Assembly (NCBI GenBank): GCA_020184695.1 | Contig: JAANOX010000195.1 | Span: 1 to 64,000, forward strand | Length of the DNA: 64,000 bases | Source of the DNA: Histomonas meleagridis 2922-C6/04-290x | Taxonomy: Eukaryota > Protista > Parabasalia | Direction of reading: 5' to 3' | Part shown: positions 11,779 to 23,539 of the stretch, in pieces | How positions within the stretch are numbered: the first letter of the stretch is position 1 | Layout: each line of letters begins with the position of its first letter | Translations under genes and position numbers: made by a program | The notes under the pieces: generated by a model | Database searches by the model: none | The model's input: the letters and a program-made list of their open reading frames with translations, nothing else | What the model was told of the DNA's origin: nothing

Positions 11779-12231
11779 TAATGAGGATTAATTAATGAAA
11801 AATCCCAAAAAGTTAATGATAAACCTTAATAAAAAATAAATATTAATTTTGTTTTTATTTAAACTAAATTCAATGATAGCAATTCATTTATTCAGCACAT
11901 TTAAAAAAAAACAACATATAGAGTAATGTCTAAAAGAACTTGAATAACCCATAAGATAAAATTGAGAGATTAGTTCATTATTTATGAGTCAAATATAATG
12001 TTTTTTATAGATGCTAAATTTTATCAGATTTTGAAAAATATTATATATGCCAATGAAAAAATATTATAAATGCTGGTATTGACGCCATATGTCCTTTTGA
12101 CATAAGAATTGCAATAAATTAAATTTCAATTTACTATAATATAAACATTTTTAATATATAATTTCTTAGAATACATCTCAAAATTCGCTTTTCGCAAAGA
12201 AAGTGGTAAAACTGATGTAGGTGCAGTAATT

Positions 12232-12438
12232 TCACACCATTGCCTCAAGATAAAAAGAAAATGATGGTAAGAAAAATCCTGCTGTGTTAACATATTCTTC
12301 AATTCTTCCATAATCATTAACAATAACATCATCTGTTGGTTCAAAAGAAAAATCACAAGATGAATCATCACCAATAGTTAACTCACCATCATCATCAAAG
12401 TAATCAGATATGAAAATTTTGGAAAAAAATCTTTTCAA
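12232..12438 (-). pseudogene. Short acidic ORF or gene fragment
   Basis: 68-aa ORF (DYFDDDGELTIGDDSSCDFSFEP...) that looks protein-like, with further stops downstream. Confidence 0.25.
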
Positions 12439-13240
12439 TTAATGATCGTTTTCTATTCAAAAAAAATCACTTTTAATAAAAACTTTTATTACTCTTTCTT
12501 CTTGATTAATGTTCATTAAGATTAATAAATTATTAAATCCCAATCTTTTTTTAGTGTATTGATATCTTTGATGTGATGCAAAAAGTTAAATTTTCTAAAT
12601 TGATAATATAATGTTAAAAACTTTTTTATTTGAAATAATGTCACACATTAACCAATTGATGCAGATTACACATATGTTGAGTATTTATATGTTCTCAATC
12701 AATACATGAATGGAATTTATTTTGATTTTTGAACACATTGTCAATCTCAAGTAAATAGTTTGAATTCTTTGTTATTGAAGATATCCATGAACGAAAAATT
12801 TGATGATAAGATTTCTATTAGAAGTAACATCGTTTTTAATGCATTTTCATCACCAAAGTGTGTATTTGATATTTACTTAAATTTTTTAAAAACACTTCAA
12901 ACGAAACGATCGTTAAACTCATACCAATTTTTAATTTTTAATCTTACGAGAAAATTTTAACATTTTCAACATGTCTATGCAGTGATGCAATTGCAAGTGT
13001 TGTTTCACCAAAAATTTTCTTCTAAGAAAATAAATGGATGTGATTTTAAAAAAAATGTTGCTTTATGCCAAAGGATTTTTTTCAAAAAAAACTATCTAAA
13101 AGTTTTCTTATAAAAATTATGCTGGTTATAGAATTAAATCACTTGTTAATAAAAGCACCAAAATTTTTATTGATAACTTATTTGATTACTTGGAACTGTG
13201 AAGAAATCAAACATATTTTTGATGCAGAACAAAAATGTAG

Positions 13241-14543
13241 TTACAAGCCATAATCAGGAGCATGCAATGCGATTGGAGGGCAACTTCCATAAGCTTCACC
13301 TTTAAATACAGTTATTCCAGCAAATGTATCTCCTTGGTATGATTTCAATGTGATTATTTTTAGAAATGAGCTTCTATAAAATATGTCTCTTTCTATAATT
13401 GGCTCAATATCTCCATAATACATTATACATCTTATTGAAATACATTCAGAAAAAGCGAATTCTTCAATCATATTAAGATTTCTCCCAATAAAAACTAATT
13501 TTAATTTTGTGCATCTTAAAAAAGCGTATCCAGAAATAAAATTTAATGAATTTGGAAGTAACAATTCCAGTAAACCATTGCAACATTGAAAAGAATAACG
13601 ACAAATTGATAATAACTTTTGATTCATATGAAAGTATTTGATGTGTTTACAATTAGTAAAAGCATTTTCCCAAACAACAGATATATTTGGAGGGAAAACA
13701 TATTCATTGATAACTTTTCTGGACAACATACTATTATTGTTATTTGTTTACTGTATACAATTCCATCGTTATAATAATTGGAAAAATATTTATTATTTGG
13801 ATCAATAGTAATATTTTCTAATGAATAACATGCACTAACTGCTAAAGTTGTTAAAAAAGACAATGCATCTCAAAAATAATCTTTTTTAAATTTATGCAAT
13901 TGGAGAAAGAATAATATGAAACAATGTGTACGTATTTAAGTTCAATTTCTACTAATCCATGACAATGAACAAATGCATGTATAGGAATCGTTCGAAGATT
14001 CTTTCCAAATGTAATTGTTTCTAACCTTTCGCAGCCTATGAAAGAACCATCACCTATATGAATTAGAGAATTTGGAAAAACTAAGCTTTTAAATGATTTA
14101 CAAAAACAAAATGCAGTGTTATCTATTCTTATTATTCCTTCACCTAAATTAATTATTTTTGCACTAGAAGAACTACCAAATGCACTTGCACCAATAGATT
14201 TTAATGAATTAGGAAGAATAATACTTTCAAGTGAATTACATTTTGAAAATGCATGATGTCCAATTTCTGTGACATTGTTTCCAAAAAATACTTTTCGAAG
14301 TTGACTGCAACTTTCAAATGCAGAATTCCCAATATAAGAAGTTGAATGCCAAATTATAACTTCTTTTAGTGATTCCCATGAGTTAAAAGTACTTTCTCCT
14401 ATTTTATAGACACCATCCCAAAAAATTATTTTTTCTATTTTGGTATCATAAGGTATATAATGTACAACTTCTACATGAGAAATATTAAGCTCTATTGAAT
14501 AGGAATTTGGCAATGTAAAATAAAATACAAAATAAGGAAACAT
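13241..14543 (-). pseudogene. BspA-like (TpLRR) surface protein with two frameshifts (true pseudogene or assembly indels)
   Basis: Repeats such as IGNSAFESCSQL and IILPNSLKSIGASAF. Three overlapping ORFs join by single-base shifts near 13870 and 13720. Confidence 0.8.
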
Positions 14544-15230
14544 TGCTTTAAAATAAATGATATAATAAAAAACTATTATTACATATTTAAAAAGCTAAAT
14601 CATTCCTGAAATTATAACAAAAGTAATTACTTTTAATTTTTTTCATATCCAATAATTTTATTTATCTTAAGATATATCATGATTATAACAAACTTTCTTT
14701 TAAAAAAAATTCTTGAGTATATTTTAATGTTTAAGTAATAATATTTAGATTCATCTGTTGATATGAGTTTTGATTTTTAAAAAAGTTAAATTTCGTAGAA
14801 TAATGAATTTTTATATATTTAAAATTGAATTATATATGTATCAAAGTTTCATCATATACATGATTTATTAAATATTTCATATAATAATATTTTTCAAAAT
14901 TGAATATTATATAATAACCTCAAACAATTGTTTTAGTTATCGTTTAATCATAAAGTGTATTGCCTTAAACATAAACTATGTTATCAAAAATGAATGTAAA
15001 AATGATATTTATTTTAAGGTGCTTTCTATTTAGTAATTAGATAATACAATTAATCATTTTTCACAAATTTTTAAAATAAATCAAGTAAACTGAATAATAA
15101 TATTTTTGTAACTCTCACATGTAGTTTGGACTAAGAAAACTATGTATTGTTAGCTTATTTTCAAAGTTTGCTCATGTGGCATCATTTTGTCGTCAAAAGT
15201 GCCACTCCAAACGTAATTTCATAAGCAAAT

Positions 15231-18227
15231 ATGGGAGTTCCAGGTTTATATAGATGGCTTGTTCAAAGGTACCCACTAATCCGCAGAAAAGCCAGTGATC
15301 CATGCAAACCAGTTTTTACTCATTTTTATATTGATTTCAATTGTATCATATATAATGCTTTTCCACTAGTTAAAGTTTATGAAGGGAAATATGACGCGCT
15401 TTTCCATGAAGTGTGCCGTTACTTAGATGTTCTTGTCCAAGTAATTCGTCCACAAGAAGTTTTATACATTGCTGTAGATGGACCAGCTCCATTTGCTAAA
15501 TGTGCACAACAAAGATCTCGCCGATTCGTTTCAGCTCGTGACCACAAACCAGAAGAATTTGACAAGACAGCAATTTCCGTTGGTACCGAATTTATGGAAG
15601 AACTTCACAACTTTCTCCTCGATTTTTTCAAAACAAAAACACAATCAGACCCAGTCTGGCAGAAGCCTCAACTCATATATAGCTCACACCGTGTTCCTGG
15701 AGAAGGTGAACACAAATTCTTTAATTTCATGCGTGAAGCTAGAAAGCTTGAATATCTCAACCATGACAAAGTTCACTGTGTATATTCACCAGACGCTGAT
15801 TTAATTTTCTTATGCTTACAAACTCGCGAACCTAATTTCTACATCATGAAAGAATATGATTCTTGGGTTGGACCGAATGAAAACGTCGGTAATGGAAAGA
15901 TCAACAAACTTCGTTCATCAGCATCTGATTACGAACTTCTTTCGTTTTCATTAGCTCGCGAATATTTGAAAATCGATTTTAAAATTAAGGATGTTGATCG
16001 ACTTGTTGATGAATTTTCAACCATTTCATTTCTCCTTGGTAATGATTTCATTCCACATTTTCCTGATGTAATTATTGCCGATGGCGATTTTGAAATTATT
16101 GTAAGAACTTACCAAGAAACGATGATGACCAAGAAGCTTTTTCTTGTAGAAAATAGGAAAATCAATAAGAGCAACCTCCAGTACTTCCTTCAAAACATTA
16201 TCATATCTATGCAGAAGCACAAAAGCAGCAAAAAAGGACAAGAATTTGACTTCTCTCAAAATCCAAACGCACCCTCTCAATATTTGGCAAAGAAATACGG
16301 TGACACTTTTCTCAAGAATCCTGCTGAATTCGAAAAAGAACTTGCTTATGCAGTTTTAGATAGCTTTGATTGGGTTTTCGAATATTACACAAATGGTTGT
16401 TGTTCATGGAATTGGTGCTTTAAGTACTTTTTCGCTCCTCCTTTATCAATTGTAGCAAAATATTGTCCTGAACATACATCTCATTTCGATTTAGATCGTC
16501 CTCCATATCCTCTTGAACAACTTTTATGTATTTTACCTCCACAAAGTAGTAAATTATTACCTGATCAAGTCTCACAATTAATGTTTGAACCATCTCCACT
16601 TGCCAAGTATTATCCTCTAAAGTTTGAAATCGACCTAAATGGACGTCGTTTTGAACATGAAGGTGTTGTTAAAGTTCCAATAATTAATATCAATGAAGTT
16701 CGAGAAGAATTCGCAAAAGTAGCACCTTTAATTTCGGAACAAGAAAAAATCAGAAACCAAATTGATGAATGTGTTACTTTTCATAATGGTGAAATCACTC
16801 GCTTCGACATCAAAACCGGTTACATTCAAAAAACCTCCGCCAAACCGTTAGGGGTACCCTCATTTTATTCAATTCCAATCCCATTCACATCAAACATCGA
16901 GAACATTCATGTTTATCTTTTCTCTCGCCCATCATTTTTTAACTCTATTGCCATCAAGCCATCCATCAAACCAGAACTTCTTCTCCCACCTGAAAAGCTT
17001 CAGAAACTTGTTGGCACTGTTTTGATGGTCAATTGGCCATATCTCATTCCTGCATATGTTTGTAGTGTCATTAATCCGAAAGAATTTCCACTTGACATCA
17101 TCAAAGAATACAAACAACGTTATGGAATCATTTTGACCCCAGACAAGAATCAAGTTTTTCTTAAAGTAAATCCATTAGGTTACACAAACAGTAACGAAAC
17201 ACGTTACCGCTTTCACTCAAACACAATTATCGTCCCTTATATCCTTTCTTCTTCAGTAAGTCACGTTCCAATGTTTACGAAATTTGACAAAACGATATGT
17301 TATCGTATTCAAAAACCTCAAAAAGTTATCGTAAAAACAGATGACGGTTATTCTATTGGAAAAGTGGTATCGTTGGACGATGAAAATGTAACAGTTCAAT
17401 TATCTAAGTTCAGTGAGATACCTTCGCTAAATGAAATTTTCGAAGATGAAGACATCCAATGGGTTACGAACAGGTACCTGGAAAGGAAGCTACAAGTAAT
17501 TTGGGGTGCTTTGAGTATGCTTTTGTCGAAATTTTCTGTTGATGATCAATGCGTTGCTTTTACTGCATTCAATAGTGACCCATCTAACAAAGAGTATGAC
17601 CGTGTTTTAGATGGAAGCTGTAAGAAAAACGCGCAAGGCAAATACATCTTCACCAAAGATTTCTGCCATAAATTTTTGGAATATCTTGATTCGCCACTTG
17701 TTTCAAATCTTCTTGAATTCGCTCAGAACTACGATGATGAGTCAATGCGCTTTTCAATTATCGGGAAAGAGCTTTGGGGAAAGGATGCATTTCAATCCAA
17801 ACAGAAGCTCGCCCAATACTTTAGCAAGGAAGCCTACTGCCACAAGTACTTCCTCATCGACAAGAACATTGACATTATCTCGCAGCACTCGCTTGAGATG
17901 ATCGAGTCGAAACTTGTGGAGTTAAAACCGCTGGAAACCGAAACCGCCGAGACCGTTAATGTTCAGATTCAACAAGTGATATTCCCAGGAATGGGGAAGC
18001 CCAAATGGGAAAACATAGCGATAGGAAATCGAGTTGCAGTGATATCTTCGTCAGGAGCAATACCATTTGGTGAAACAGGTACAGTTGTTGGTGTTGATGA
18101 AACAACGTATCAAGCGCATGTTATATTAGACAGAGAACAGGAATACGCCAACAGCCTAAGGAACAGACTGAGCACAAATCGTGGAATTGTTGCGATGTAT
18201 GATGACTTACTCGTTTTGGATAAGTGA
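15231..18227 (+). CDS. XRN1: XRN-family 5'-3' exoribonuclease (XRN1-like)
   Basis: MGVPGLYRW, DGPAPFAK..QQRSRRF, PGEGEHK, DADLIFL and GNDFIP motifs. C-terminal SH3-like segment (GNRV...PFGETGTVVGV) as in Xrn1. Confidence 0.9.
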   Translation: MGVPGLYRWLVQRYPLIRRKASDPCKPVFTHFYIDFNCIIYNAFPLVKVYEGKYDALFHEVCRYLDVLVQVIRPQEVLYIAVDGPAPFAKCAQQRSRRFVSARDHKPEEFDKTAISVGTEFMEELHNFLLDFFKTKTQSDPVWQKPQLIYSSHRVPGEGEHKFFNFMREARKLEYLNHDKVHCVYSPDADLIFLCLQTREPNFYIMKEYDSWVGPNENVGNGKINKLRSSASDYELLSFSLAREYLKIDFKIKDVDRLVDEFSTISFLLGNDFIPHFPDVIIADGDFEIIVRTYQETMMTKKLFLVENRKINKSNLQYFLQNIIISMQKHKSSKKGQEFDFSQNPNAPSQYLAKKYGDTFLKNPAEFEKELAYAVLDSFDWVFEYYTNGCCSWNWCFKYFFAPPLSIVAKYCPEHTSHFDLDRPPYPLEQLLCILPPQSSKLLPDQVSQLMFEPSPLAKYYPLKFEIDLNGRRFEHEGVVKVPIININEVREEFAKVAPLISEQEKIRNQIDECVTFHNGEITRFDIKTGYIQKTSAKPLGVPSFYSIPIPFTSNIENIHVYLFSRPSFFNSIAIKPSIKPELLLPPEKLQKLVGTVLMVNWPYLIPAYVCSVINPKEFPLDIIKEYKQRYGIILTPDKNQVFLKVNPLGYTNSNETRYRFHSNTIIVPYILSSSVSHVPMFTKFDKTICYRIQKPQKVIVKTDDGYSIGKVVSLDDENVTVQLSKFSEIPSLNEIFEDEDIQWVTNRYLERKLQVIWGALSMLLSKFSVDDQCVAFTAFNSDPSNKEYDRVLDGSCKKNAQGKYIFTKDFCHKFLEYLDSPLVSNLLEFAQNYDDESMRFSIIGKELWGKDAFQSKQKLAQYFSKEAYCHKYFLIDKNIDIISQHSLEMIESKLVELKPLETETAETVNVQIQQVIFPGMGKPKWENIAIGNRVAVISSSGAIPFGETGTVVGVDETTYQAHVILDREQEYANSLRNRLSTNRGIVAMYDDLLVLDK

Positions 18228-18603
18228 ATAAACTCATATTAATTTTGGAATTTTTTATTTGTTTAAGGGAAATCACCGCAACGTCTGAAGTGCGAAATCG
18301 CATCTGATCCAAATTTGAAGTTTTAATGATTGGAGAAATCGCTGATGAAGCAAGAAATGTAAAGTGAATAAATTTATGGATTAAAGAAACACAATTGTAA
18401 CGGCATCTCATTTTCCTTAAAGCTGTTTTAAATGGAAATGATATGAATATGTACTAATTTAAAAAAAATTGATTTTCATGTATGGATGAATTAATAAAAA
18501 ACATCAGAAGAATATAAAATTATATTTGTTGCATTTTAAGATAAAATAGTTTTTTTTAGATTTAGTGTAAGATATTGGTTTTTTTATAAAATTGCAATTC
18601 ATA

Positions 18604-19233
18604 ATGTTTAAAAAGAAATATATCAAAACAAAAATAATACTTGAAAATGTAAGATTAGAGCATATGGCTCCTTCCTTTAATAGAGTTTTTTTAAAGTTAA
18701 AGCAAGGCAAAAATTCATGTACTTCAAAATCATATCCAGTTTCTCATGGTCAAGTTAACTTCATCGAATCAATTAACTTTGAATATAAAATTGGAATGAA
18801 AAGACAAAATTTAATGTATCTTTTTATTCGAATTGAAAAGAATTCAGGTTATTCTAAATATGGTGAATTAAAAATCGATGTGTATAAATTAATGAGAGAA
18901 AGAACACATTTTATTAAAGCTTTACTTGCAAGATGTAAATACAACACATATTTATCATGTACCATAATGTATGAAGATGATGAAGATGAGTCAAGCATGT
19001 CAGAGACATCAATAAGCGAAAGCACAATGGAACAAACATCTGAAATGGAAACACGTTTCATACCACAACCTCGAAATAAAAGACCAATATTTAAAAAGAA
19101 ATTTCAACAAACCTCACCCTGTCAATTTCAAGTAAAAATTAGTCCTAAAAGACTTCGTGAACTTGAAGAGCAAATAAATTACCTTATCGAAAGTGTGAAA
19201 TATGATATAATTTTAAATGGAGAACTTTTATAA
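18604..19233 (+). CDS. NT-type C2 domain protein
   Basis: N-terminal beta-rich segment (VFLKLKQGK...VNFIESINFE...YGELKIDV) resembles NT-C2, followed by an acidic Ser-rich linker. ATG at 18604. Confidence 0.6.
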   Translation: MFKKKYIKTKIILENVRLEHMAPSFNRVFLKLKQGKNSCTSKSYPVSHGQVNFIESINFEYKIGMKRQNLMYLFIRIEKNSGYSKYGELKIDVYKLMRERTHFIKALLARCKYNTYLSCTIMYEDDEDESSMSETSISESTMEQTSEMETRFIPQPRNKRPIFKKKFQQTSPCQFQVKISPKRLRELEEQINYLIESVKYDIILNGELL

Positions 19234-19319
19234 AATATGTTTTCATTATTTTTGTTCTTAATTATAATGCAGATATTTGGGGCGGTGCATTAAGAACGTT
19301 TAAAAAAAACGTTATTGAG

Positions 19320-21377
19320 ATGGAGAGTTTTCCCCTTGAGCGTGAAACAGGGGAATGCAGCATGTCAATCCAAAAATCTGTATACCTTACAATTGGGAAA
19401 CATCCATCCAGTCAAAAGATAAATGCATTTAATGCAACTGCTTTTGTTCCACCAAATTTTATTGTAGCAGGATCTAACTCTGGAACAATTTACCGATGGA
19501 TCATTCCAGAAAAAATCACAGACGCTGTTTTATATCCTTCCTTTAAAATTACTAAACATAGTGGAGCTGTTCAAACATTAGTTTGGTCTGATACTCATCA
19601 ACTCTTATTTTCAGGGAGTTCTGATTGTACTATTTTAGTTTGGCACATTGATTCCAGGGCGCCACCACAAGAACCCATTCAAACTATTCGATGTTTTGAA
19701 AGCACACCAATCCAAATCATCACATACATGAAATATGTTTTTGTCTTAGAAAAGCGTGGAATTACAATTCTCCTTCAACAGACAATTAAGAAGTCACTCA
19801 AGAAGCATATAATTTTTCGAAAAGTTCATTTCATATCAAATGACAAAATCACCAAAAACGAGTTTACATCCATTTGTTTTTCACCTAATCCAACTGTTGA
19901 CAATAGTGGCCATCTTTATGCAGGGTTTCAAAACGGGAGTATTTTACAAATTGATGTTCAACTTAATGAGAAGCCGACACTTTCCACATCAAATCCACTT
20001 AAAAAGCTCAGCGACAATGCTATTTTTAATATGTTTTATGTACCGAAAGAAAGCTTTATCTTAATATTTTCTTATGACCATAATATACGAGTATTTAATT
20101 TACGTAATTATCGAATTTTATGTACATTTAATAATCCCCAAAATGGGTATTTTTTATCATCATGTTATGATCCTGACACGATGCAATATTTATTAGCTGA
20201 TACTAATGGATATTTATATGTTTGTGAAATCCAAGAAACAGCACGAGTATTATTTCAAACACGAATTCATAAACAATGTATTGGATTAAGTCAAGGTCCA
20301 AATGATTCATTTTTATTTTTACAAAACGAAGGTGTATCACTTGTAAAAATCAACAGAGGGAATGTTAAAACATCATATCGAGTTCATAATGGAAATATCT
20401 TTTATATATCATCGATTGTTGATAATGGCAAACGACTTATTGTTACAGCGGCAGATGATAAATATATTCGTTTTTGGGATACTGTAAATTTTGGAATGAG
20501 AATTGAACATAAATGTGAAACGCATTTATCAATATTATCTGTTTATGTTGATATTAAAGAAAGATATCCAACAAATATAATATATATTATCACTGGTCAT
20601 GATGAAGGGAAAATATTTTTTTATAATATAACAGAGAATAAACATATCGAATTACCTTCGAAACATAAAAACTCAATTTCCACTATGAGTGTTATAAAAG
20701 TTGAGGCTAAAATCATTTTGTTGTCTTGTGATTATGATGGCGTTGTAGCACTTTGGTCAATTGATTCCATTCTTGAAAATATTTCATACGCACAATTTTC
20801 TTTGATTAAAACTTGGAAAGCAAGTGAAAAAGAAATTTTAACTTCTTCTTCTCAATGGGTTTTACATGAGCCGATTTATGCTACTGGTGGAAATGATAAT
20901 ATAATTCATCTTTGGCATGAAGTTAATGGAAATTATATCGATGAACCTTTAAAAGGTCATAACGATTCTATAACAGCAATTGTCTTCGATGGTTTGTTCT
21001 TAATTAGTGGAAGTGAAGATTTAACAATTAGAATTTGGGATATTGTTAATAAGGTACAATTGTTGGTTATCACAAATTTACATACAAAAGCAATTAGATC
21101 AATTTCTTTGTTTCATAATGAATCAAAATTCGCTTCATGCGACGCAAGTGGTGTTATCGCTATTTATGATTACATAAAGAAAAAAGAAATTTGGAAAGTG
21201 AAACATTTGTCGGATTGCAGATGCATTTGGGTAGACCCTGATAACCCGAAAAGAATGTACGCGTGCATAAAGTTCGAACTTGTGCCGCATGATATACCGG
21301 ATGAATCACCTAAAGGTTTACCGCCTCTTGTCGGAATTAGATCTGGAAATATACCGACGATTCGGAAAACTGTTTGA
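19320..21377 (+). CDS. WD40-repeat protein
   Basis: Multiple WD repeats (HSGAVQTLVW..FSGSSDCTILVW; GHNDSITAI..ISGSEDLTIRIWD). Confidence 0.9.
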   Translation: MESFPLERETGECSMSIQKSVYLTIGKHPSSQKINAFNATAFVPPNFIVAGSNSGTIYRWIIPEKITDAVLYPSFKITKHSGAVQTLVWSDTHQLLFSGSSDCTILVWHIDSRAPPQEPIQTIRCFESTPIQIITYMKYVFVLEKRGITILLQQTIKKSLKKHIIFRKVHFISNDKITKNEFTSICFSPNPTVDNSGHLYAGFQNGSILQIDVQLNEKPTLSTSNPLKKLSDNAIFNMFYVPKESFILIFSYDHNIRVFNLRNYRILCTFNNPQNGYFLSSCYDPDTMQYLLADTNGYLYVCEIQETARVLFQTRIHKQCIGLSQGPNDSFLFLQNEGVSLVKINRGNVKTSYRVHNGNIFYISSIVDNGKRLIVTAADDKYIRFWDTVNFGMRIEHKCETHLSILSVYVDIKERYPTNIIYIITGHDEGKIFFYNITENKHIELPSKHKNSISTMSVIKVEAKIILLSCDYDGVVALWSIDSILENISYAQFSLIKTWKASEKEILTSSSQWVLHEPIYATGGNDNIIHLWHEVNGNYIDEPLKGHNDSITAIVFDGLFLISGSEDLTIRIWDIVNKVQLLVITNLHTKAIRSISLFHNESKFASCDASGVIAIYDYIKKKEIWKVKHLSDCRCIWVDPDNPKRMYACIKFELVPHDIPDESPKGLPPLVGIRSGNIPTIRKTV

Positions 21378-21664
21378 TAATTTAATAAATTTAGAAATAG
21401 TGAAAATGTTTATTCATTTTTTAATGAAGAAGAGAAATAATATTTTTTATTTTCGAAAAAAGTCATTGCAATTGGAAGTTAAGCAGCAAAATATAATATT
21501 TTTCAATATTTTAAAAAGATCTGATAAATGTGATTAGAATTTAAAACTTTATGAAATTCAATAAATTTTGGAAGAAAATTATAACGGAATAGAACAATAT
21601 ATTTCCAATTAGAAATAGTATAAATTTTTTATTTTAAGAGAAATAGAAGAAAAAAAAATTTTTT

Positions 21665-21684
21665 GGCGGTTTTGGTCGGCCTCT
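21665..21684 (+). promoter_or_regulatory. M3-like (GGCGGTTT) plus M5-like (CCTCT) elements upstream of RPL9
   Basis: GGCGGTTT at 21665-21672 and CCTCT at 21680-21684, just before the ATG at 21687. Confidence 0.45.
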
Positions 21685-21686
21685 CG

Positions 21687-22256
21687 ATGCCACGCCCAGT
21701 TCTCCATCAAGATCACCTCAAAATTGAGGATGATGTTACAATCACAATTAAATCTGGTGTTGTAACAGTTACAGGACCACGCGGAACCTTAACTCGCGAT
21801 CTTTCTCATCTTAAACTCGACATTGAATATAATGCTGAAGAAAAGACTGTTTTAGCTCGCTGCTGGTTTGGAAACCGTAAGCTTGTTGCTCGCATTGGCA
21901 CACTTTTTGGTCATATTAAGAATATGGTTACAGGTGTTACAAAAGGATATCGCTACAAGATGAGATTTGTAACAGCTCACTTCCCAATCAAACACTCCAT
22001 TGGTGACAATAAAGACTCATTCAGCTTCACTCACTTCATGGGTCAACGTGAAAAGAAATCTGTAATAGCTCCAGAAGGTGTCAAGATCATGGACAGCCCT
22101 AACCAAAAAGAAGAAATTTGGATCGAAGGCAATGATATTGATAAGGTTTCATTAGTATGCGCCCAAATCCACCAACACACACATATCCACAACAAAGATC
22201 TTCGTAAGTTCCTTGATGGTATCTACATTTCTGAAAAGACACACATCGTTGAGTAA
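21687..22256 (+). CDS. RPL9: 60S ribosomal protein L9 (uL6)
   Basis: VTVTGPRGTL, KNMVTGVTKGY.YKMRFV.AHFPI and KDLRKFLDGIYISEK motifs. Confidence 0.96.
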   Translation: MPRPVLHQDHLKIEDDVTITIKSGVVTVTGPRGTLTRDLSHLKLDIEYNAEEKTVLARCWFGNRKLVARIGTLFGHIKNMVTGVTKGYRYKMRFVTAHFPIKHSIGDNKDSFSFTHFMGQREKKSVIAPEGVKIMDSPNQKEEIWIEGNDIDKVSLVCAQIHQHTHIHNKDLRKFLDGIYISEKTHIVE

Positions 22257-22599
22257 AAGAGAATTACATTTTTAATCTATTTGGTTGTATAATTGATCTA
22301 TTAATACTACAAAGTATGCTTCTTAAAATCAAAAAAAGAAGCAATGATAAGCATCATCTTGTTTTTGTTTTTTAAAGTTCTTTATCTTTTATTGATTTAA
22401 TATATTAAATAAAATAATTTATTTTTTTAACACATGTTTATTTATGTCTGACTTATAAATTTGTCTTCTTTAAAATAGTCTGTGAATGTTTCTTATTCAA
22501 TATTTGAATAATTAATTCCTATTGAAAAAATATATTCTGTTTCATTTATATTACTTTCATCACAAACTTTCAGTTTCTGATTCATTTTGTTTTCGCATA

Positions 22600-23450
22600 T
22601 TATCATGAAATTTAATTATAACAATTAATTTCCTTTTAAACACCATAAATACTATTACAATAGTTATTATATAATGATAATGAGTGTATTATTATTATCA
22701 AGGTTTATTTTTTCTTTATTCTATATAAGAAATACAGGAAAAATTTGAATAATAAGTAAAAATAATTACATAACTAAAATGCATGTTATCAAAATAAATA
22801 TACTTGCTTTCAGATTCAAAAAATGTAATCTAATATGACCTAATAATTGCAAAGTGATAATGTTTGCATAAATGATAAAGAATAAGTTAACATATACGAT
22901 TTAATATATGCAAAACTATTCAAAAATGTGTCATCATAAGTATTTGAACCCAGATTACTTTTTGATTTAGTAAATGAATTGCTATGTGTGAAGGTGATAG
23001 ATTTAGAAAATGCATTAGAATCAGTAAATGTGTGTGTTAATTAAAGACATTTTTCGGGTGTAGTTCCTTTGGTTATAGTCATATTTCCAAATGTTTCATT
23101 TTGATATGTTGCTAATGTCTTAACTAATGTAAAATTTACATCATCAAATGCATAATTTCGCAATTCAGGTGAAATTTCTCCATTATAATGAATGCATTTG
23201 AGAGAAGTACAAATACTAAATGCATTGATTTTGAATAAAAAAATATTTTTTATTATAAAAATAACACCATTCCACAGAGTCTGTCTCTTATTACTATATT
23301 CAACCTTATCAAAAAACGAGCTATTACCAAATCTTTTTTAAAGTTTCCATCTTTTTTTTTTTATAAGCATTGATCAAGTTTGATAATGATAAAACAATTG
23401 ACTCATCTTGCGAATTTGTTTCATTTATAACCTATGAACATTTTGCACTT
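22600..23450 (-). pseudogene. Decayed BspA-like surface protein remnant
   Basis: Minus-strand translation: INAFSICTSLKCIHYNGEISPE...YQNETFGNMTITKG, paralogous to the end of the 13241 gene. It is followed by a TFTxSN-type stalk, with several stops. Boundaries approximate. Confidence 0.55.
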
Positions 23451-23539
23451 GGAAATGGATACACTTTAATAAATAAATAAAAGACGAAATAACGATATTT
23501 ATTTACAAAACAAATACAATATTTTATCATATAACATAG

